Assembly (NCBI GenBank): GCA_905178155.1
Contig: CAJINV010000009.1
Coordinates: 62,001 to 126,000 of the forward strand
Source: Amoebophrya sp. A120
Taxonomy: Eukaryota > Protista > Dinoflagellata
Length of the DNA stretch: 64,000 nt
Reading direction: 5' to 3'
The first letter of the stretch is position 1. Every line of letters starts with the position of its first letter. Both the position numbers and the translations under genes were made by a program. A model generated the notes under the pieces. The model ran no database searches, was not told where the DNA came from, and saw only the letters and a program-made list of their open reading frames with translations. Shown piece by piece: positions 59,601 through 64,000 of this stretch.

Positions 59601-61235
59601 ACAGCAGCCGCGCCACCGTCGACCGTCGGGAGCACTATGGCACCGCCGCGCACTCCAGGCAGTGAAGACAGCGGCGGTGGTGGTGGCGCAACTGCTCCTC
59701 CTACTACACCAACGCCCAAGACGTCGGATGATTTTCCGGCGAACCCAGACGCCACGGCTCCACCAAATTTGTTTGACTCCTCCTCGGACGATGGAACAGG
59801 CGAAACCGACACCGAGATACAACAAGACGGTAAACCATCATCTCCAAGACCGGAAGATCACGATCAAGGAGAAGAAGAGGAAAAGAACAAATCGAATAAA
59901 GAACGTTGGAAGCAGGTGAACGCAAATAATGCGTTGGATGCGTCGACGGACCCCGGCGAGGCAGGGCAATCTAGTGGGAGTGGAAAAATATTTCCGCCAG
60001 AAGACCGTCCGGAGCAAGAGACAGCTTTGGATATATGGGGCTCTCCGAAGCCACTGAAGGAGAATCTCGTGTCCGCGTCGTGCTGCGGCGACGAGGGAGA
60101 AGTTGCGGCGGAAAGAAAAAAAGCGGACGTGCAGGAGCAGCCGCAGGTCTGGGGGACGCCTTCGGAGGACGACGACGGCGAGAACAAGGATGGTCCTACT
60201 TCTACCGAGAATACTATGTGCAGCGATATGTGCGCGGGGATTTCCATCTCCGTGGCGGTTGTTGCGTTACTCGGTCTGACGTTCTGCGCCGGGTGGCTGG
60301 CAAACAGGAATACGGGGTCCGCGCCCGCACAAACGGGGGCAGGAATGATCCGAACCAACAGCACCACGCCACCGCCTGGAGGTGACAGTAGCGTCCTGGT
60401 GTCGTCGGGGCCGGGCATGGACCTGCCGACGTCGGCGCTGTCCTACCGGTCGACGCGCCCGACCGGTGTGGAGCTGCACGCCGAGCCGCTCGCGGCCGCG
60501 GGGGTCGGAAACTCTTCCGGCTTGACCAGTTTTTCCGAAATGCTCGGCCCCGTGCTACGCACCAGCCAACTGTACGCTGTGCAGGACACGCAGCAGTTTG
60601 GGCCGCAAGACGCGGACGAGCAAGGTTCCACGAGTGTAGCCTCGGAAGGAAAAAAGAAAAAGAAAAAGGAGAAGAACCTCCTCACGACGTCGGACAGCGA
60701 CAACTCCGCCGTGCAGAAAAAGTCGAAAAAGCACCGTTCCAATCTTACCAAAGATAGCACCGAGATGCTGGCCCCGAAAAGCTCCAAGGAGAAGCTGACT
60801 ACAGCATCCATGGGGTCAAACAGGAAAACTCTTCCGCCCGTCGTGCGCTCGTCTACGAACCAGCAGAGCTACGGAGCCAGCAAGAGCAATACGGCTAGCA
60901 GCGGGCAAATGGCGCAGGCCCTGGACCAGGGGCTGGGATCGGCGGCGATGCTGTACACCACGAATCAGTACGTAAATACCGGGCTGCACCAAGGTGAAAC
61001 GGATTCAGCTCTCCGCTACACGGACCAGCTCAATACTACCATAGAGATCGTAGGGGAGGATGCGAAGCAGAAGAAAAAAGACAAAAAGGAAAAAAAGAAA
61101 AGGAAGTCCAACAAGGCGGAGGGGGAAGAGGACTCCGAGGGCCTCAATGCACTCAACATGAATTTGTTCCACACGGTTGATGACGAGAAGAAGAAAAAAA
61201 AATCGAAAAGGCAAAAATCACCCCAGCCGGAGTAG
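56619..61235 (+). CDS. Type I membrane protein, paralog of the 52148 gene (GH7-like ectodomain with insertions, mucin-like stalk, TM, K-rich tail)
   Basis: 1538-aa ORF. Shares collinear motifs DDYCLTLDDFD, CRTRAAFD, HAYLVGAP, CHRIDLIEYN, GFHLHLSVHDD, RFGPIRIS and PKTCRQ with the upstream gene. TM ISISVAVVALLGLTFCAGWL. Confidence 0.78.
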   Translation: MSASLWQVLGRSMLCLHGLSDWTAWSSGTVRAVQETRQTSKSRFLRATKEQSVLKGIGADTEAAVGAVEGKKATRKSGIAKSSSSPPRKAPRQVRSSLRGRKRSTALEGSSYDVQEAASAFSSLSESSIIAGIEDTSRGDESSVVTTARDQALLERTALRKAGLQQEQQQRSKIELRKRFLESAQDVEQLEIIDVDDETFDDDALAEHMWTLYRKQWEELGGGPVGGPGGIHYWPKVVLDDYCLTLDDFDFANAPEACSGLSSAPTPFGDFLTVEPDKTVESCRTRAAFDFRMPVAELQNEFAHALTLDLATINEDDAQDATDTTAGATSTAHAYLVGAPATDEESGLTDSASFADDALASARPRGDCSAPAVDTVTGLTKSGRCHRIDLIEYNLQQNNYNMGRAFRGGTEFGPRLPAGYDSIGRSAELSSFGLMQPWDVEQGTVLAENGLLQPGLQETHWPSVDTNVEGESSSAFPPPLADGAVFNLNPAQESKAVPLTTESRTVFWFHQYTGGFSLVRDERVSAEESINIQCVPPPVGAPNECLRYEYFPPSGPSFPLRLVQHLGYWSEKSSASRTYTKCRLAHQACLDARLIDRKFLWEEAESYARRIGYADLVAEEPIWPWSQLLASVVVESAGSSDEEATKARAAWDRLLDAYCTAGVEKPCRSAGQRVLDEYPERYGTPFLETSRQKGFHLHLSVHDDFAPVPSTMAAMAYEDTITGASDEEGDSGTSDNVVTAPQVLQRQGNDIEMHNPEYWPQSVRMVDRESDLFKNSPYPTPGTSSTSDGPSGGVLVSNNVFSLAEYDPTLEEAWRTKTWPIWARDYKNYVPNPRTAAGLESAGQRTAGRRTTVRFGPIRISKHVHVFGDSTRPKTCRQVYKDFLRLQQNHLLNEPSASTTTSITSSTTTTSTTPLQEMETAAPGGGDNIVDVSDDVPTVPGSSNNGTTSDEEPSTTGPGEAATTSAGSTSSTTSTTSTSTRSSSTTGYPVPPTSTAAAPPSTVGSTMAPPRTPGSEDSGGGGGATAPPTTPTPKTSDDFPANPDATAPPNLFDSSSDDGTGETDTEIQQDGKPSSPRPEDHDQGEEEEKNKSNKERWKQVNANNALDASTDPGEAGQSSGSGKIFPPEDRPEQETALDIWGSPKPLKENLVSASCCGDEGEVAAERKKADVQEQPQVWGTPSEDDDGENKDGPTSTENTMCSDMCAGISISVAVVALLGLTFCAGWLANRNTGSAPAQTGAGMIRTNSTTPPPGGDSSVLVSSGPGMDLPTSALSYRSTRPTGVELHAEPLAAAGVGNSSGLTSFSEMLGPVLRTSQLYAVQDTQQFGPQDADEQGSTSVASEGKKKKKKEKNLLTTSDSDNSAVQKKSKKHRSNLTKDSTEMLAPKSSKEKLTTASMGSNRKTLPPVVRSSTNQQSYGASKSNTASSGQMAQALDQGLGSAAMLYTTNQYVNTGLHQGETDSALRYTDQLNTTIEIVGEDAKQKKKDKKEKKKRKSNKAEGEEDSEGLNALNMNLFHTVDDEKKKKKSKRQKSPQPE

Positions 61236-62228
61236 CTGGGCTTGCCGAGGTATAGTAATCCAATTTGCAGAAGCGTGTAGTAGTTGAAATAGTAACCTCC
61301 CAGTTACTTTTTAGAGTGGACATGAAGATCAAGTATGTTCGTCCTTCCCGAATTGGGCGTAGAAACGATTATTATAGTCTTATAACTCTACTAGATTTAG
61401 AGCTCGCATAGATGTTTCCACGTCCTTATGTATTTTTGTTTTCCTTCTAAAAATAAAACTATCATAAGAGTAAACTTGCTGACCCTAACGTGATCCACCC
61501 CAATCCCAATCGTCGTTACCCTGTCATGATTTTGAGCAGTCACCTTCGTGCTTGATACCCATAGGCAACATCGGAATATCCCATGCATGATTTACAGTCT
61601 TTGCCCAACAAATCCCACTTCTGTTTTCTCAGTAGTGTAGATGCTCTGCGTTTTCTATGCGCATTGAAAGTTGTTCTTCCGCGATGGCATATATCGTTTT
61701 GTACTTAGTTGTTTCAGATAGACTCGGTTTTCTCGTCTTGCAGCTCGTTCGTTCCGGTTTTTTCCGTACAAAACCACCGTACGTCATTGGTTTGCTTTCG
61801 GTCTTCACATCGTGATCGTTTTTATGTTGTCGTTTTTCACATCGTTCTTGACATCGTTCGCGTCCGTAGTGAAACGGAAAGGAAAACCTTTTTTGTTGTG
61901 CTTCGTTTCGGTTTTCGTCCGTATCTGTAGAGCGTTTTCCCTACTACAATTTTGTACACTATCATCAATGTCAAACTACAGCTAGCAATTTACGTCCTCC
62001 CCCTCCGCCCTTTTCCCTCGTTATCCTATTCCGCGAGTGACCATGGACGCAAACTGTACTATAGCCACAACCTGCAACCCCTTCATCTTCCCTTGTCGAT
62101 GACCTCGATCATTGAGTAACAGGACATAAGACAGACCAACATGATGCCCCTGCCTTTTTGATTCACAAAAAAGTTCGCAACTTGTTCATTCGTGATAAGC
62201 CAATCCCATACAACATAGGCAACGAACA

Positions 62229-63719
62229 ATGGCGCTTCATTTTGAAACTCGCGGCCGCTGCGAGCACAATACCTGTGGTCGCCCCCTATTGTCCGCGAAG
62301 ATTATATCGACCGTAGCTCTTTTCGGTCTGAAGCTCCAGCTAGCAGGGCTTGTGTTACATGACGAGGATAGCCTGGTGAAAGCGTTTCTTTTCGTGAAGA
62401 AGAATCAGGAGACAAAAAACAAAAAGCATCTGATCGATGTGGACAACAATAATAAAAAGGCTTCTACTCTTGTTCTTGAAGGAGACGGGACAGAGACCAC
62501 GCAGAGCCAGCTACTCGACGAGGCACCTAAAAAAGTGCTTGCAACAAATGCGGATAATTCAAAGGAGACGGCCGAGGACGCGCGGCATTATGGGGCGCCA
62601 ACGGAACTGGAAAAGCAAACAGAAAGTTGGGTCGTGCTGAGTCAGAACGGCACTCCAAAAGAACAAGAAGGAGGCGGTGGGGAAGGGACTGCTGCGACCA
62701 GACCAGATTCCACCGGAGGACCAGGACATGCAGTTCCGCCTCCTGTGGATAACCCGCCGTACATGAGGTCGCTTTATTCCCCGGCTGCAGCTCCCCTCGA
62801 CAGTCCTGGACTGAATACCCCACTGATCGTTGCGGGGTCCATCGGGCTCTTCATTGCGGCGGCCATCCTTGGTGCGGTGGCGTATTGGTTTTGCTTCGTC
62901 AGGGAGAGCGCATCTAACAAGAGCGATGTCGGGGGCCAGAAGAGTAGATCGGGCGAAGGCAAAAGCAAAACAGGCAAAGATGCGAACACGAAGTACTACT
63001 CCAACGAGCCAGCGTCCGCCGCACTGCAACGGCTGAACGTCGCGAGCGGCGGGGATGCTCAGGGTGTAGACGGCTCACAACAGTTTTTGCTTGCGCAAGA
63101 AGACCGAAAACTCGGCGAGACAGGTACAACCTGGACGAGCAACTTTGTTATACAACAACAGCAGCAAATGGGGCAAAATCCTCTTCAAAACGGAGGTACA
63201 ACAATGCCCGGCGAGGGAATGAAAATCAGTGCGCAGGCGGCACCTTTGTCTCCTCTGGATCCCTCGGAAGCCGCCTCCGCCACCACCGGGAACACGAGTC
63301 GGTCCACCAATGCGGCCTTCAAGTCGCAGTCGATGGGGGCCGCAGACTTGATGAATGCGTCCGCCACCACGGGCGGCGAGACGAACGCTTCGCTGACAAA
63401 CGTGAACCAGTCGATTGGAAGCCACCTGCTCGGCTACGGCGCCGCAGCCGCGAGAGCTACGGGCGGGGACGCTGGTGGACCGCCGAGCTCCAAAAAGTAT
63501 TATGGCTCCAACATCGGTAATATGAACAATATCACACCATCTGGGCTATCCAACCTCGGCATCACACCATCGGGGTTCATCGCACCATCGGGGATATCGG
63601 GCAGCCTCAACTTGATCGCGGCCGCCCCGGAGCCAAACGACAAGAGCAACCTGGTTCGCGGAAGATCGAAGGGAGAGCTAGACAAGTCGGAGAAGAAGAA
63701 ATCGAAAGTAACTCCTTGA
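62229..63719 (+). CDS. Single-pass membrane protein, low complexity
   Basis: 496-aa ORF with a hydrophobic N-terminal segment and TM LIVAGSIGLFIAAAILGAVAYWFCFV. Same topology as the two upstream genes but no globular domain. Confidence 0.72.
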   Translation: MALHFETRGRCEHNTCGRPLLSAKIISTVALFGLKLQLAGLVLHDEDSLVKAFLFVKKNQETKNKKHLIDVDNNNKKASTLVLEGDGTETTQSQLLDEAPKKVLATNADNSKETAEDARHYGAPTELEKQTESWVVLSQNGTPKEQEGGGGEGTAATRPDSTGGPGHAVPPPVDNPPYMRSLYSPAAAPLDSPGLNTPLIVAGSIGLFIAAAILGAVAYWFCFVRESASNKSDVGGQKSRSGEGKSKTGKDANTKYYSNEPASAALQRLNVASGGDAQGVDGSQQFLLAQEDRKLGETGTTWTSNFVIQQQQQMGQNPLQNGGTTMPGEGMKISAQAAPLSPLDPSEAASATTGNTSRSTNAAFKSQSMGAADLMNASATTGGETNASLTNVNQSIGSHLLGYGAAAARATGGDAGGPPSSKKYYGSNIGNMNNITPSGLSNLGITPSGFIAPSGISGSLNLIAAAPEPNDKSNLVRGRSKGELDKSEKKKSKVTP

Positions 63720-64000
63720 AAAAAGCACTCGTTCCCGTGTCTTTTGTGCGCGCCGTTGTGAAAAGTATTTATTTTGAAAGATTTGCTTTTGCATTTGCTT
63801 AGATGGCAGTGGCACATTGTGGTGTTCATCGTGGAAATTAAAAGTCACGTCTCGTCCTCACATTTGTGGGGTGTGTTGGGTAGATGTCCAGCTGGAGAAA
63901 AATCTAGTTGAAGTTAGAAACTTCTTCTATCGGAAGTACGCGACGAGAACAACTCTGCATGATGATGAAGACAACGATGAACACGACAGCACATAGCATG

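Noticed and set aside
1-64000. Autonomous transposase or reverse transcriptase that would mobilise the introners; dinoflagellate spliced-leader relics
   Set aside because: No DDE, RT or recombinase motifs were recognised in any ORF, and no CCGTAGCCATTTTGGCTCAAG match was noticed. A very divergent enzyme cannot be excluded without profile searches.

Overview
Gene-dense eukaryotic genomic DNA. All ~17 credible protein genes lie on the + strand, and most proteins are long, divergent and low-complexity. Ordinary GT-AG introns occur alongside non-canonical introns formed by small inverted-repeat elements. This combination most resembles the parasitic syndinian dinoflagellate Amoebophrya (inferred from genome architecture, not from a database search). 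The main signal is 8 clear and 1-2 degenerate MITE-like 'introner' insertions inside coding sequence, belonging to at least 5 TIR families. The clear ones start TAT and end ATA, six have a perfect 5-bp target-site duplication, and in every clear case removing the element plus 5 bp restores the reading frame without a GT-AG pair. Six copies from four families share a subterminal 11-mer. Recognisable genes: MFS transporter, RmlD-like SDR, a PAN-Kelch-TM-LicD protein, mitochondrial uL13, a WSC/Cys-rich/C-type-lectin protein, and two tandem membrane proteins with a divergent GH7-cellulase-like domain lacking the catalytic nucleophile.
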